Source: Myxococcota bacterium (GTDB taxonomy: Bacteria; Myxococcota_A; UBA9160; PR03). Taken from it: a stretch of 43,225 bases of DNA. The stretch is taken from contig JBFIML010000039.1 of assembly GCA_041611735.1 (NCBI GenBank), forward strand, positions 1-43,225, given 5' to 3'. Under the pieces are notes generated by a model, which did not search any database, was not told the origin of the DNA, and saw only the letters and a program-made list of their open reading frames with translations. The translations under genes were made by a program, and so were the position numbers. Below are positions 7,529 through 18,206 of this stretch, piece after piece; the stretch's first letter is position 1; each line of letters opens with the position of its first letter.

Positions 7529-10465
7529 TTACGGGAGCGGGATCTCGTTGCTCAGGAGCCCGTTGGCACCGCGGACCTGCAGCAGATCCGTCCCGCCGCT
7601 GCGAGAGAGCCCCGGGATCGAGACGATCTGCTTGGTGATGTGGCCCGCGGTGGCGGAGCACGCCGTCGAGGTGTCCGTCACCGTGGCGGTGAGCCCGGTG
7701 TCGTCCCCGTTCAGGAAGACCGCGTCGCCGGTGCTGACGTAGGCCCCCTCGACCTGGAACGTGGAGGTGCCGGCCGGGATGCTCGGGTCGCCGCTCGGAC
7801 CGGTGCCGGTGTTGCACTGGGCGCCCAGCGGGGCGATCAGCGGCTGCGGCGTCTCCTCGGAAGTCCCACTGCGCAGCTGCGCGGTGAGCGTCACGGTGTG
7901 CAGCGACTGGAGCGGCGACTGGAAGCGGGCCAGGAAGTCCGCGCGCGAGAGGTCGCCGATCGTATCGATCTGATACTTGTCCGTGCCGCTCTGGTAGGAG
8001 ACCACGGCCTTCGACCCGCTCAAGGTGAGCCCGACGCCGCGCAGGTTGATGACGCCCCGCGCGTCGGCCTCTTCGAGCCCGGCCAGGGCGTCGGACGTGG
8101 CCGCGAGCGCCGCGTTGGACGGGTCGATGGTCAGCTGGCGGCCCAGGGCGCCCGAGTGCCCGGTGCTCGCCTCCTCGAACATCTGGAAGATGTCCAGGGG
8201 CCGCACGCCGTAGACGGGCTGGAAGACCGCGAACGCCGCACCGAAGGTGGTGATCTCCCGCATGCCCTGGGCCGGGTTCCACTTGATCGAGGGCTCGAGG
8301 GGCGAGATCCCCGCGAACTGCAGCCCGTCGTTTGCAAAGGCGAGGAACTCCTCGGTGCCGGTGGGGCCCAGGGAGAACTGCAGGAAGCGGTCCGTCATGC
8401 CGCGCATGGTGGGCGCGTCGAAGGCCTGCAGGGTCTCCGAGTTGGTGGCCGTGCCGAGCGGGAGCTCGTGACAGCCGGCGTTCGAGTCGGCGCAGGTGTC
8501 CGGATTGGCTGCTCCGCCGCCCTGGTCGTGGAAGAAGTCCTCGAAGCCGAGCACGGCGCTGGCGCTCACCAGGTCGTCGGCGGGCCGCGTCCGCGCCGGC
8601 GGGTAGCTCACCCGCTCGAGGAAGGCCGCCATGTCGTCCTTCGCCTGCGCGGAGAGGATGGTCCCGCCGGGCGGGCAGGCGCCGGACTGGTCGCACATGA
8701 CCCCGCTCAGGCTCGCGTCCACCAGCTGCCGGAAGCAGGCGCGCTGGTCGCCGCCGCCGCCGAGGCTGCAGTTGGTGCCGGGGTTCCCGGTGCTCCCGGT
8801 GGCGCCGCTCGGCCCCCCGAACGGGTCGCCCAGGGTCCCGTCCCAGTGCAGCGGGAGGGTGTCGCGCAGGCCCCGCACGGGCATCGTCGTGCGCGGCTCG
8901 TCCTCGCTGGGGACGCAGTTGAGCAGGAAGCACTCGCCGCCGATCCGCCACAGCAGCTGGTCGGTATTGCCGTCCGGGTGGCAGCTCCCACAGGAGAAGT
9001 TCCCCGAGGTGGAGGCGAAGGCGTTGTTGAAGGCGATGTTGCCGCGCCGCACGGCCGCCGGCGTCGGGTCGAGGCCGACCGCGACGCGCTTGGTGATGGT
9101 CGGGGCCGACGGGTTCGTGACGTTCACCACGGCGACCGTGTTCTCGAGGGTGTTCAGCACGTAGGCGGTCTGGGCCGCCCCGGTGCTCGGGTTCGAGAGG
9201 AGGGCAACGCCCTTGGGGATCTGCTGGCCCTCGTCGCCGCTGGTAACCGCGTCGTCCAGGTTCAGGCGCGCCAGCACGCTGCCGGACGAGTTCATGGTGA
9301 AGAAGCGGCTGGTGCCCGCGGCGGTGCCCACCAGGGTGGCGTTGTTGTTGCTGATGGCGATGCCGTAGGGCGTGGCCAGGGCGGTGGCCGGGCCCGGCGA
9401 GGGGCCGTCCAGGTCCACGATCGAGCTGATCGAGCAGGCCCCCGCGCCGCCTGCGCAGTTCAGGATCGCCACCTCGTTGGTGAACATGCGGTTGGCGAGG
9501 TCGGCCAGGTTCACGTGGCCGTCGCTGTTCACGTCCTGCCGGAACTGGGCCGGTCCGGTGATGCCGTTCACGGCATTGCGGGCGTCGGTCTGGGTGATGA
9601 AGACCTTGTCGCTGGCGTCGATGGCGAGGCCGTACAGGAGCGTCCCCACCCCGGAGGTGACCTTGATCTCGCTGTCGTTGCTGGTGTTGAAGACGAAGAG
9701 GTCGCGGTCCGGCACCTGCGGGTCGATCACGATGTTCTTGGTGGAGCCGGGCAGGTTCGGGTTCGTGGCGAAGGCGAGCAGGTCGGTGAGGAAGAGCGTG
9801 CACTGCGGGGCGCTGCCACTGCCCGGGAGCCCGCAGCCGGAGAGCTCCGACTGGTTGCCGGACTCGAAGGCGGTCACGTAGAGGCGCCCGTTGCGGACCG
9901 CAATGGCGCGCGGGTCCTGGGCGCGGATGTTCAGGTGCCCGGTCACCGCGTAGGTGGTGGCGTTGACGATCGCGATGCGATTCGTCGAGGAGAGGGCCAC
10001 GTAGGCCTTGCTATTGCTGGCGAAGGCGATTCCCACCGGCTCGTCGAAGTTCGTGGAGCCGTTGGCGTTCAGGTTCTGGATGGTGCGGATCACGTTCAGA
10101 TAGGTCGGGCTCGCGGGGTTCGAGTCGATCACGCTGACGGAGTCGGACACGTGGTTCGCGACCCAGACCTCGAGACCGTCGGGCCGCACCGCGACGCTGA
10201 CGGGCTCCATGCCCACGTCGATGCGCCGGAAGAAGCTGTTGGTGGAGGTCTGGAGCACCTCGACGCTGTTGCTGGTGGTGTTGGCCACGAAGACGAAGCT
10301 GCCGTTCGGGGTGAGCGCGATCGGGTTCGCCTGGGGACTGGTCCAGGTGAGGCGGCCCGCCGCCTCGTGGGTGGGGCGCGGGCTCCCGGCCCAGGCCGGC
10401 GCGGCGGCCAGCGCGAGGGCGAGGCTCGCCAGGACGAGGCTCGAGAGGGGCGGGCGCAGGGGCAT
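7529..10465 (-). CDS. Secreted YVTN/YncE beta-propeller fused to a CCP/MauG-like diheme cytochrome c domain
   Basis: Signal peptide; repeats VFVANTTSNSV, VWVANHVSDSVSVID, LYVTAF; CGSCH, TMPVRGL..PLHWDG, CADSNAGCH, FDAPTMRG. Confidence 0.85.
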   Translation of the reverse strand: MPLRPPLSSLVLASLALALAAAPAWAGSPRPTHEAAGRLTWTSPQANPIALTPNGSFVFVANTTSNSVEVLQTSTNSFFRRIDVGMEPVSVAVRPDGLEVWVANHVSDSVSVIDSNPASPTYLNVIRTIQNLNANGSTNFDEPVGIAFASNSKAYVALSSTNRIAIVNATTYAVTGHLNIRAQDPRAIAVRNGRLYVTAFESGNQSELSGCGLPGSGSAPQCTLFLTDLLAFATNPNLPGSTKNIVIDPQVPDRDLFVFNTSNDSEIKVTSGVGTLLYGLAIDASDKVFITQTDARNAVNGITGPAQFRQDVNSDGHVNLADLANRMFTNEVAILNCAGGAGACSISSIVDLDGPSPGPATALATPYGIAISNNNATLVGTAAGTSRFFTMNSSGSVLARLNLDDAVTSGDEGQQIPKGVALLSNPSTGAAQTAYVLNTLENTVAVVNVTNPSAPTITKRVAVGLDPTPAAVRRGNIAFNNAFASTSGNFSCGSCHPDGNTDQLLWRIGGECFLLNCVPSEDEPRTTMPVRGLRDTLPLHWDGTLGDPFGGPSGATGSTGNPGTNCSLGGGGDQRACFRQLVDASLSGVMCDQSGACPPGGTILSAQAKDDMAAFLERVSYPPARTRPADDLVSASAVLGFEDFFHDQGGGAANPDTCADSNAGCHELPLGTATNSETLQAFDAPTMRGMTDRFLQFSLGPTGTEEFLAFANDGLQFAGISPLEPSIKWNPAQGMREITTFGAAFAVFQPVYGVRPLDIFQMFEEASTGHSGALGRQLTIDPSNAALAATSDALAGLEEADARGVINLRGVGLTLSGSKAVVSYQSGTDKYQIDTIGDLSRADFLARFQSPLQSLHTVTLTAQLRSGTSEETPQPLIAPLGAQCNTGTGPSGDPSIPAGTSTFQVEGAYVSTGDAVFLNGDDTGLTATVTDTSTACSATAGHITKQIVSIPGLSRSGGTDLLQVRGANGLLSNEIPLP

Positions 10466-10585
10466 GGTGGGTGCTCCTTACGAGAGAGGAGGCAAGGCGG
10501 GGCGCGGCCCCGGGGCACGGGCTAACGCACAACGCCTCTTTGGAGAGGTGGGTTGCACTTTCCCCATTCCTAGGATGCCAGAACG

Positions 10586-10686
10586 TGCAGCCCGTGTGCC
10601 AGCAAAAGCGGCTGCGACGAGCCGCCCTGGGGAAGAATCCGTCTCCCCTAGGAAAAGGTTTTCCCTTTCCGGGGAAATAGTTTTCC
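10586..10686 (-). promoter_or_regulatory. Sigma54 promoter with two upstream palindromic activator sites
   Basis: Minus strand TGGCAC-ACGGG-CTGCA (10601-10586); palindromes GGAAAAGGTTTTCC (10651-10664) and GGAAATAGTTTTCC (10673-10686), 22 bp apart. Confidence 0.7.
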
Positions 10687-10730
10687 GTTCGGCGGGGAAG
10701 TGGTACACCCCGGGGTCGGGAGGAGCCTCC

Positions 10731-11513
10731 ATGTTCGGGCGGCGGCCGGACGCGCAGCGGGTCCGGGATCTCCCGGCGGTGCGGCGCTTCATGCCCTTCG
10801 TCTCGCCGCGCCGCAACGAGTCCCTGGTCTACTTCGCCCAGGAGCTCGACGTGGAGGCGGCGCTCCGCTTCGTGGAGGGCCGGGGCTCCACCACCCTCTT
10901 CCACGTCCTGCTGCGGGCGGTGGCCCGAGCGCTCCACGAGCGCCCGCGCCTCAACCGCTTCACCGCCGGCGGGCGGGTCTGGCAGCGGGATGGGGTCTGG
11001 ATCACCTTCAGCGCCAAGCAGCGCTTCGACGACGACGCACCGATCCTGACCGTGAAGCGACGCTTCGAGGTGGGCGAGTCCCTGGACGAGATGGTGGACG
11101 CGGTGCACGCGCGCCTGGCGGGCGGCCGCGCGGGCCGCAAGGGTGCGTCGGACCGCGAGATGGAGTGGCTGCTGCGCCTGCCGCCGCCGCTGATACGCGC
11201 CGTCCTCGCCGGTGTACGGGGCCTCGACGCGCTCGGTCTCCTGCCGCGGGCTTTGATCGAGGCGGATCCCCTGTATACCTCGGTCTTCCTGGCCAACCTG
11301 GGCTCGGTGGGGCTCGAGGCTGGCTACCACCACCTCTGGGAGTGGGGGACGTGTCCCCTCTTTGGGGTGATCGGCCGCCTCCACCCGGGATCCGACGGGC
11401 GCCGGCGCGTCGTCGTCAAGTGGAGCTTCGACGAACGGGTCGAGGACGGGCTCTACTGCGCGCGCAGTCTCGGGCTGCTGCACGACGGCCTGGCGCATCC
11501 GGAGAAGCTCTGA
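10731..11513 (+). CDS. Stand-alone 2-oxoacid dehydrogenase E2-like acyltransferase catalytic domain
   Basis: [36 protein letters not shown] (variant of DHRxxDG). Confidence 0.8.
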   Translation: MFGRRPDAQRVRDLPAVRRFMPFVSPRRNESLVYFAQELDVEAALRFVEGRGSTTLFHVLLRAVARALHERPRLNRFTAGGRVWQRDGVWITFSAKQRFDDDAPILTVKRRFEVGESLDEMVDAVHARLAGGRAGRKGASDREMEWLLRLPPPLIRAVLAGVRGLDALGLLPRALIEADPLYTSVFLANLGSVGLEAGYHHLWEWGTCPLFGVIGRLHPGSDGRRRVVVKWSFDERVEDGLYCARSLGLLHDGLAHPEKL

Positions 11514-11514
11514 C

Positions 11515-12465
11515 TTGGCCAGGCCGCGCAAGAACCTCTACGAGGTCCTCGGCGTGGCGCGCGGCGCCAGCGAGGACGAGATCCGCAAGTCCTACCGCAA
11601 GCTCGCCCGCAAGTACCACCCGGACGTGAATCCCGGCGACAAGCAGGCCGAGGATCGCTTCAAGGACATCTCGCAGGCCTATGCCGTCCTGTCGGACGCA
11701 GAGAAGCGGAAGCTCTACGACGAGTTCGGGGAGGTGTCGCTCGAGGGAGGCTTCGACCCGGAGGCCGCGCGCCGCTCGCGCGAGGCCTTCGGGACGCGCT
11801 TCGGGACGGGCGGCACCCGCGTCGACCCGGGCGCCTTCGAGTTCGGCGGCCTGGAGGACCTGTTCGGGAACCTGTTCGGGCGCACCGGCCGGGGCGGGGC
11901 GGCGCGCGGGTCGGACCTGGAGGCGGAGCTCGAGCTCGACTTCCTGGAGGCGGCGCGCGGCGGCGAGAAGCGCCTGGTGGTGCAGCGGCCCACCGCCGGG
12001 GGAGGCGTCCGCAGCGAGACGGTGACCGTGCGCATCCCGGCGGGCGTGGCCGAGGGCGGCCGCATCCGCATCCCCGGCAAGGGCGGCGAGGGGATGGGGG
12101 GCGGATCGCCCGGCGACCTGCATGCCCGCATCCGGGTGCGGCCCCATCCGATCTTCCGGCGCGAGGGACGGGACCTGGTCCTCGACCTCCCGATCACCGT
12201 GCGCGAGGCCGCGCTGGGCACCAGGCTCGAGATCCCCACCCTGGAGGGGCGCGTCACGCTGACCGTCCCGCCCGGGACCGATAGCGGCCGGCGCCTGCGC
12301 CTGCGCGGCAAGGGGGTTCCGCACCCGTCCGGCGGGCCGGCCGGCGACCTGTACGCCGTGGTGCAGATCCGGGTGCCGCGCAACCTCGACGCCGAGGGAC
12401 GCGCACGGCTCGACGAGCTCGCCCGCTTCGACCCGCCCGACGTGCGCAAGGACTGGTCCCGGTGA
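11515..12465 (+). CDS. cbpA: DnaJ class B chaperone, CbpA-like
   Basis: J-domain with HPD, G/F region, no zinc finger, DnaJ C-terminal domain; TTG start. Confidence 0.88.
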   Translation: MARPRKNLYEVLGVARGASEDEIRKSYRKLARKYHPDVNPGDKQAEDRFKDISQAYAVLSDAEKRKLYDEFGEVSLEGGFDPEAARRSREAFGTRFGTGGTRVDPGAFEFGGLEDLFGNLFGRTGRGGAARGSDLEAELELDFLEAARGGEKRLVVQRPTAGGGVRSETVTVRIPAGVAEGGRIRIPGKGGEGMGGGSPGDLHARIRVRPHPIFRREGRDLVLDLPITVREAALGTRLEIPTLEGRVTLTVPPGTDSGRRLRLRGKGVPHPSGGPAGDLYAVVQIRVPRNLDAEGRARLDELARFDPPDVRKDWSR

Positions 12466-12740
12466 GCCCGCGCGTCCGGATCGACGAGGTGCTGCGGCTG
12501 CTGGGCCGGGATGCGGAGGCCTGGGTCCGCGAGCTGCAGCGCGAGGGCCTGTTCGAAGGCGAAGAGCTCGAGCCCCCGGAGGCCGAGGAGCTGCGCGTGG
12601 CGGTGCTCCTGATGCGGGATCTCGGCGTGAACGCGGCGGGCGTGGACGTGGCGCTCCACTTGCGGCGCCGGCTGCTCGCCCTCGAAGCGCGCGTGCACGA
12701 TGCCCTCGAGGAGCTCCTCGACGAGCTCGACCGGCGCTGA
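12462..12740 (+). CDS. Chaperone modulator CbpM-like (MerR-type HTH)
   Basis: [18 protein letters not shown] motif; overlaps the CbpA-like stop (GTGA). Confidence 0.8.
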   Translation: MSPRVRIDEVLRLLGRDAEAWVRELQREGLFEGEELEPPEAEELRVAVLLMRDLGVNAAGVDVALHLRRRLLALEARVHDALEELLDELDRR

Positions 12741-12741
12741 C

Positions 12742-13371
12742 GTGGCCTTGCGGCCGGACGACGGACGCCTGGTGCGGGGGCGGCGCAGCCGCGCCCGCCT
12801 GCTGGAGGCGGCGCGCGAGCTGTTCCGGGAGCGGGGCTTCGACGGCGCAACGCTGCGGGCCATCGCCGCCCGCGCCGACATGGGAGCGAGCTCCATCTAC
12901 CGCCACGTGCGCTCCAAGGAGGAGCTGCTGGTAGAGGACCTGGCCGGCCGGCAGGAGGAGGCCTGGACCCGCTTTCGGCGCGAGGACGACCGCGCGCACG
13001 CCACCCGCGTGCGGGTGCTCCGATTCTTCGCGCTCCAGCACGCGCTCCTCTCGGAGGCGCCGGACCTGACGACCATCGCGCTGCGCGCCCTCACCCATCC
13101 CGAGGCGCGCGTGGCGCGGCGCGTGCTCGCGCTGCACGACCGCTCGATCGGGCTGCTGGCCGAGGTGCTCCAGAGCGGGCGTGCCCGGGGCGACCTGGCC
13201 CGCGAGCTGGACGTGGTGCAGGCGGGGCGCGCGCTCTTCCACGCGGCCCTGGGTGCGCGGCTGGCCTGGGCGAACGGCGTGCTCTCCGCCGAGGAGTGCC
13301 GCCGCGCCATCGAAGAATCGGTGGAGCTGCTGTTCCGGGGCTTCGGGCCGGTCGCGGCTCAGTCCGCGTAG
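12742..13371 (+). CDS. TetR/AcrR family regulator
   Basis: RLLEAARELFRERGFDGATLRAIAARADMGASSIYRHVRSKEEL. Confidence 0.92.
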   Translation: MALRPDDGRLVRGRRSRARLLEAARELFRERGFDGATLRAIAARADMGASSIYRHVRSKEELLVEDLAGRQEEAWTRFRREDDRAHATRVRVLRFFALQHALLSEAPDLTTIALRALTHPEARVARRVLALHDRSIGLLAEVLQSGRARGDLARELDVVQAGRALFHAALGARLAWANGVLSAEECRRAIEESVELLFRGFGPVAAQSA

Positions 13372-13985
13372 CGCTCGAAGAACAGGCACTCGTCCACGGA
13401 CCGGCGCGGCGGTCGCCCGTGGCGTCCGAGCGGCCAGCCGATGGGTAGCAGGGCCACGGACGGGATGTCCTCCGGCAGCCCCAGCAGGGCATCGATCTCG
13501 CGCCCGTGCTCCAGGTGGAGCATGGTGAGGGTCGCGCCGAGCCCCACCGCCCGGCAGGCGAGCAACACGTTCTGCACGGCCGGGAAGACCGCCTGGGGCT
13601 GGGGCCGGCCGTCGCGCAGGCGACCGGCCACGAACAGGTGCACCGGCGCCTCGTGCAGGTGCTCGGCCAGGTGGACGGCCGAGCGGACGTTGCGGCGTCG
13701 GGACTCCGGGAAGGCGGGATCCCGCATGGCCTCGAGAGCCGGGGCGATGTAGGGGCCGAAGGCGCGCCGGTAGCGCTCGGCCACGAAGGCGCGCCGCTCG
13801 GGGTCCGTCACCGCCACGAAGACCCAGGGCTGTCGGTTGCCGCCGCTCGGGGCGAAGGTGCCGGCCTCGCACACCTTGCGGATCAGGGCGCGCGGCACGG
13901 GATCCGGCCGCAGGCGACGGATGGCCCGGGCGGTGCGGATCCCCTCCAGCAGGGGGACGTCTTCACCGATCGCGTCGGGGTTCAT
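13359..13985 (-). CDS. Nitroreductase family protein
   Basis: RAIRRL, APSGGNRQPW, AVQNVLLACRAVGLG, LPIGWP. Confidence 0.92.
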   Translation of the reverse strand: MNPDAIGEDVPLLEGIRTARAIRRLRPDPVPRALIRKVCEAGTFAPSGGNRQPWVFVAVTDPERRAFVAERYRRAFGPYIAPALEAMRDPAFPESRRRNVRSAVHLAEHLHEAPVHLFVAGRLRDGRPQPQAVFPAVQNVLLACRAVGLGATLTMLHLEHGREIDALLGLPEDIPSVALLPIGWPLGRHGRPPRRSVDECLFFERYAD

Positions 13986-14910
13986 GCCGGAGGGCGTCGA
14001 TGCCCCGGAACAGGGCGACCGGGTCGATGGGCGCGTCCCACGGCTCGCCGCGCAGCTCGCGGTAGGCGCGGTCCACCAGGGCGAAGAGCCGCTCGGGCTC
14101 GGTCCAGCCGGCATAGGGGCCGAGGTCGATGCGCCGGGCCGCCTCCAGGGGCGCGAGGCCGCGCTCGAAGAAGCGCCGCGCCTCGCCCTGCACGTACCGG
14201 AGGTACGCCTTCATCTCGCGCGGACCCTCCAGGCCACACAGGGGCCCGTGGCCGGGGACCACCACCTGGGGGGCCAGGGTCTCGATGCGGTCCAGGGCCT
14301 CGATCCAGCGCGCGAAGCTCCCCTCCCAGCCGAGCGGCGTGCAGAGGCGAAACAGGATGTCGCCGGTGAACACGACGCGATGCTCGGGAACATGCACGAT
14401 CACGTCACCGGCCGTATGGGCCGGGCCCACGTACAGGAGCTCCACGCCGAGACCGTCGAGATCCAGGTCGAGGCGCTCCTCCAGCTTCGTGGTCGGCGGC
14501 GTGAGCCGGATGCCCCGGAAGTCCCAGGGCGCGAGCTGCCCGGCCAGGCGCGCCAGCGCCGGGTCCTCGCTCCCGGCCGCGTCGCGCAGGGCCTGCATGA
14601 GCTCGGGGCGCTCCTTGCCAAAGGACTCGGCGCACAGGCGATGTCCGATGATCTCCGCCTCCGGGAAGAGCTGGTTGCCCCAGCAGTGGTCGCCGTTGTG
14701 ATGGGTGTTGACCACCCGGCGCGCCGGCTCGCGCCAGAGCCGCGCGTAGCGCTCGATCAGCTCGCGCGTGTGGGGCAGGTCCCAGAAGGTGTCCACCACG
14801 AGGCCGCCGCCCCGGTTCACGAGGCCCGAGTTGCTCCAGCCGAGGCCCCGGTCCTCCTGCAGACAGGCATAGACGTCGGAGGCGATCTCCACCAGCTCCA
14901 TGGCGGCCAT
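13963..14910 (-). CDS. MBL-fold metallo-hydrolase (cyclase-like)
   Basis: NTHHNGDHCWGN, AHTAGD, FTGD, VPGHG. Confidence 0.92.
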   Translation of the reverse strand: MAAMELVEIASDVYACLQEDRGLGWSNSGLVNRGGGLVVDTFWDLPHTRELIERYARLWREPARRVVNTHHNGDHCWGNQLFPEAEIIGHRLCAESFGKERPELMQALRDAAGSEDPALARLAGQLAPWDFRGIRLTPPTTKLEERLDLDLDGLGVELLYVGPAHTAGDVIVHVPEHRVVFTGDILFRLCTPLGWEGSFARWIEALDRIETLAPQVVVPGHGPLCGLEGPREMKAYLRYVQGEARRFFERGLAPLEAARRIDLGPYAGWTEPERLFALVDRAYRELRGEPWDAPIDPVALFRGIDALRHEPRRDR

Positions 14911-14955
14911 TCTAGCCACCAATGGGCTATCTAGGGACGCGGACGGGGGGGTAGC

Positions 14956-16905
14956 GTGGAACGGCCGCTCTGGGAGCCCTCGGAAGCGCGGGTGCACGCC
15001 GCGCAGCTCACGGCCTTCCGCCGCCAGGTGGAACGCCGCTTCGGCCTCGCATTCCCGGACTACGCCTCCCTGCACGCCTGGTCCGTGGCGGAGCCGGAGC
15101 GCTTCTGGCGCGCGGTGTGGGACTTCTGCGGGGTCGTGGGCGAGCCGGGGGGGGGCGTCCTCGAGCACGGCGATCGCATGCCCGGGGCCGACTGGTTCCC
15201 GGACGCCCGGCTCTCGTTCGCGGAGAACCTCCTGCGCCGCCGGGACGGGGTGGAGGCGCTGGTCTTCCGCGACGAGCGCGGCACCCGGCGCGCCCTCACC
15301 TGGCGGGAGCTCCAGGACGCCGTGGCCCGGACGCTGCGGGCGCTGGCCGCGACGGGCGTGGGCCCCGGCGACCGGGTGGCCGGCTACCTGCCCAACCTTC
15401 CCGAGGCAGTGGTCGCCATGCTGGCCACGGCGAGCCTCGGCGCCATCTGGTCCTCGTGCTCCCCGGACTTCGGCGTCCAGGGCGTGCTCGACCGCTTCGG
15501 CCAGATCGAGCCGCGCGTGCTGCTCACCGCGGACGGCCACGTCTACGCCGGCCGGACCCATGCGTCGCTGCCCCGGGTGGCGGAGATTCTGCGCGGTCTC
15601 CCGAGCGTGGTGCGAACGGTGGTGGTGCCGAACCTGGCGGAACGGCCGGAGCTCGACGCGCTCCCGAACGCGGTTGCGTGGCCCGATTTCCTCTCCGGAC
15701 CCGATCCGGGTGCGCCGGGCTTGGAGCGCCTGCCCTTCTCCCGGGCCCTCTACGTGCTCTACTCCTCGGGAACCACCGGCCCGCCCAAGTGCATCGTGCA
15801 CGGGGCCGGGGGCACGCTGCTCCAGCACCTGAAGGAGCACCGACTGCACGTGGACCTGCGACCCGGCGACCGCTTCTTCTATTTCACCACCACCGGCTGG
15901 ATGATGTGGAACTGGCTCGTCTCCGGGCTCGCCTCGGAGGCCACGCTGATCCTCTACGACGGCTCGCCCTTCCACCCGGGCCCGGCGGCGCTCTTCGACC
16001 TGGCCGAGACGGAACGCATCACCGTCTTCGGCACCTCCGCCAAGTTCGTCGACGCGGTGCGCAAGGAGGGGCTGCGGCCGGCGGAGACCCACGACCTCTC
16101 GAGCCTGCGGACGCTCCTCTCCACGGGCTCGCCGCTGGCGCCGGAGGGCTTCGACTTCGTCTACGCGGCCGTGAAGCGCGACCTGTGCCTGTCCTCCATC
16201 GCCGGGGGCACGGATCTCATCTCCTGCTTCGTGGGCGGCAATCCGACGGGTCCGGTCTGGCGCGGCGAGATCCAGGCGCCCGGGCTCGGCATGGCCGTGG
16301 ACGTCTTCGACGAGGCGGGACGCCCGGTGCGCGGGCGCCCCGGCGAGCTCGTCTGCACGCGGCCCTTCCCGTCCATGCCGGTGGGGTTCTGGAACGATCC
16401 GGACGGCCGTCGCTACCGGGCCGCCTACTTCGAGCGCTACCCGGGCACGTGGCACCACGGCGATTGGGTCGAGCTCACCGAGCACGGCGGCGCCATCATG
16501 TACGGGCGCTCGGACGCCACCTTGAATCCGGGCGGGGTGAGGATCGGAACCGCCGAGATCTATCGGCAGGTGGAGCAGATCGACGAGGTGCTGGAGGCCC
16601 TCGCCATCGGCCAGCAGTGGCAGGGCGACGTGCGGGTGGTGCTCTTCGTGAAGCTGCGCGACGGCATCGACCTGGACGACCCGCTGCGCGAGCGGATCCG
16701 GCGCCGGATCCGCGAGAACGCGAGCCCACGCCACGTGCCCGCGCGCATGGTGCAGGTGGCGGACATCCCGCGCACCCAGAGCGGTAAGATCACCGAGCTG
16801 GCGGTGCGCGACGTGGTCCACGGCCGCGAGGTCGGGAACCGGGAGGCTCTGGCCAACCCCGAGGCCCTGGAGCTGTTCCGCGACCTGCCCGAGCTGCGAG
16901 AGTAG
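14956..16905 (+). CDS. Acetoacetate--CoA ligase
   Basis: [56 protein letters not shown]. Confidence 0.95.
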   Translation: MERPLWEPSEARVHAAQLTAFRRQVERRFGLAFPDYASLHAWSVAEPERFWRAVWDFCGVVGEPGGGVLEHGDRMPGADWFPDARLSFAENLLRRRDGVEALVFRDERGTRRALTWRELQDAVARTLRALAATGVGPGDRVAGYLPNLPEAVVAMLATASLGAIWSSCSPDFGVQGVLDRFGQIEPRVLLTADGHVYAGRTHASLPRVAEILRGLPSVVRTVVVPNLAERPELDALPNAVAWPDFLSGPDPGAPGLERLPFSRALYVLYSSGTTGPPKCIVHGAGGTLLQHLKEHRLHVDLRPGDRFFYFTTTGWMMWNWLVSGLASEATLILYDGSPFHPGPAALFDLAETERITVFGTSAKFVDAVRKEGLRPAETHDLSSLRTLLSTGSPLAPEGFDFVYAAVKRDLCLSSIAGGTDLISCFVGGNPTGPVWRGEIQAPGLGMAVDVFDEAGRPVRGRPGELVCTRPFPSMPVGFWNDPDGRRYRAAYFERYPGTWHHGDWVELTEHGGAIMYGRSDATLNPGGVRIGTAEIYRQVEQIDEVLEALAIGQQWQGDVRVVLFVKLRDGIDLDDPLRERIRRRIRENASPRHVPARMVQVADIPRTQSGKITELAVRDVVHGREVGNREALANPEALELFRDLPELRE

Positions 16906-16927
16906 ACTTTGCCCAGCGAGGACCCCA

Positions 16928-18202
16928 GTGATGGATCCGATTCTCCACGTGATCGTGATCGGCGTTTGTCTCGTGCTCTCGGCCTTCTTCTCCGGGAGCG
17001 AGACGGCGCTCATGCGTCTGCGCGGCCACGAGCTCGAGGGCGACGCGCGCGCGAGCCTCAACCCGGCGGGCGTGGCGGTCCGGAGCCTGCTCGACTCCAC
17101 CTCCCGCCTGCTCGTCACGATCCTGCTCGGCAACAACGTGGTGAACATCCTGGGGGCTTCACTGGCCTCGGCCATGGCCGTCTTCTACCTGGGGGAGCGG
17201 GCCGGCGTCGCCGTGGCGACGATCTCCATGACGCTCCTGATCCTGATCTTCTCCGAGATCCTCCCCAAGGCGCTGGCGGCCCGCTCGCCGCGCCGCTTCT
17301 CCTTCGCCGTGGCCCTGCCCCTCTACCTGATCCACCAGGTGTTCCGCCCCGTGCACCTGCTCTTCGATCGCTTCATCGAGCCGGCGGTACGCCGCATCGG
17401 AGGGGGATCCGAGGAGGCGCCGGGCTCCACCGAGGAGCTGCTGCGCCTGGCGCGGGCGGCGCACAAGGCGCCGCTCGGGACTCCCATCGCCATCATCGGC
17501 GGGGTCTCGCGTGCCGCGGAGCTCACCGTCTCCGACATCATGATCCCGCGCACCGAGATCGTGGCCTTCTCCAAGGACACGCCGCCGAAGGAGCTCTTGG
17601 AGCAGATCCTGGTGGAGCGCTACACGCGGGTCCCCGTCTTCGAGGAGACCATCGACCACGTGATCGGTCTCTTGCACCTGAAGGACCTGATCAAGCTGGT
17701 GAACGCGGGCGGCTCCGAGATCGCCTCGATCATGAAGCCGATCCTGCGCGTCCCCGAGCGCAGGCCGATCCTCCCGCTACTGGCCGACATGCAGCGCGCC
17801 TTCGTGCACATGGCCGTGGTGAAGGACGAGTTCGGGACCACCCAGGGGCTGCTCACCCAGGAGGACATCCTCGAGGAGCTGGTGGGCGAGATCCGGGACG
17901 AGTTCGACCGCGAGGAGCTGCTGACGATCCGCCGCCAGCCGGACGGGAGCTTCGACGCCCTCGGCCGAGTGCGGGTGCGCGACTTCAATCGCGAGACGGG
18001 CCTCGCGGTGCCGGACGTCCAGGGCGACACGCTGGGCGGCCTGGCCTTCAACGCCCTCGGGCGCCCGCCCCGCCGGGGCGACGTGGTGCAGGTGCCGGGC
18101 TACGAGCTCTCGGTACTGGACGTCTCGGGGAGCCGGGTGGTGCTGGTGCGGGTGCGACCCGAGGCGCCGAAGCCGCAGGAGCCGCCGCCGGAAGCGGCCT
18201 GA
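16928..18202 (+). CDS. CNNM/CorC (hemolysin-like) CBS-domain membrane protein
   Basis: SAFFSGSETAL, TILLGNN, FSEILPK, CBS pair, EDILEELVGEIRDEFD, CorC_HlyC tail. Confidence 0.93.
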   Translation: MMDPILHVIVIGVCLVLSAFFSGSETALMRLRGHELEGDARASLNPAGVAVRSLLDSTSRLLVTILLGNNVVNILGASLASAMAVFYLGERAGVAVATISMTLLILIFSEILPKALAARSPRRFSFAVALPLYLIHQVFRPVHLLFDRFIEPAVRRIGGGSEEAPGSTEELLRLARAAHKAPLGTPIAIIGGVSRAAELTVSDIMIPRTEIVAFSKDTPPKELLEQILVERYTRVPVFEETIDHVIGLLHLKDLIKLVNAGGSEIASIMKPILRVPERRPILPLLADMQRAFVHMAVVKDEFGTTQGLLTQEDILEELVGEIRDEFDREELLTIRRQPDGSFDALGRVRVRDFNRETGLAVPDVQGDTLGGLAFNALGRPPRRGDVVQVPGYELSVLDVSGSRVVLVRVRPEAPKPQEPPPEAA

Positions 18203-18206
18203 GCCG

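Noticed and set aside
7311-10525. Long overlapping ORFs (830 aa, 961 aa) and similar Arg/Pro/Gly-rich ORFs across the window
   Set aside because: Alternative-frame or antisense shadows caused by stop-codon scarcity; no motifs.
14911-17175. 1070-aa MBL fusion ORF
   Set aside because: The extension is the antisense shadow of acetoacetate-CoA ligase, a high-GC artefact.
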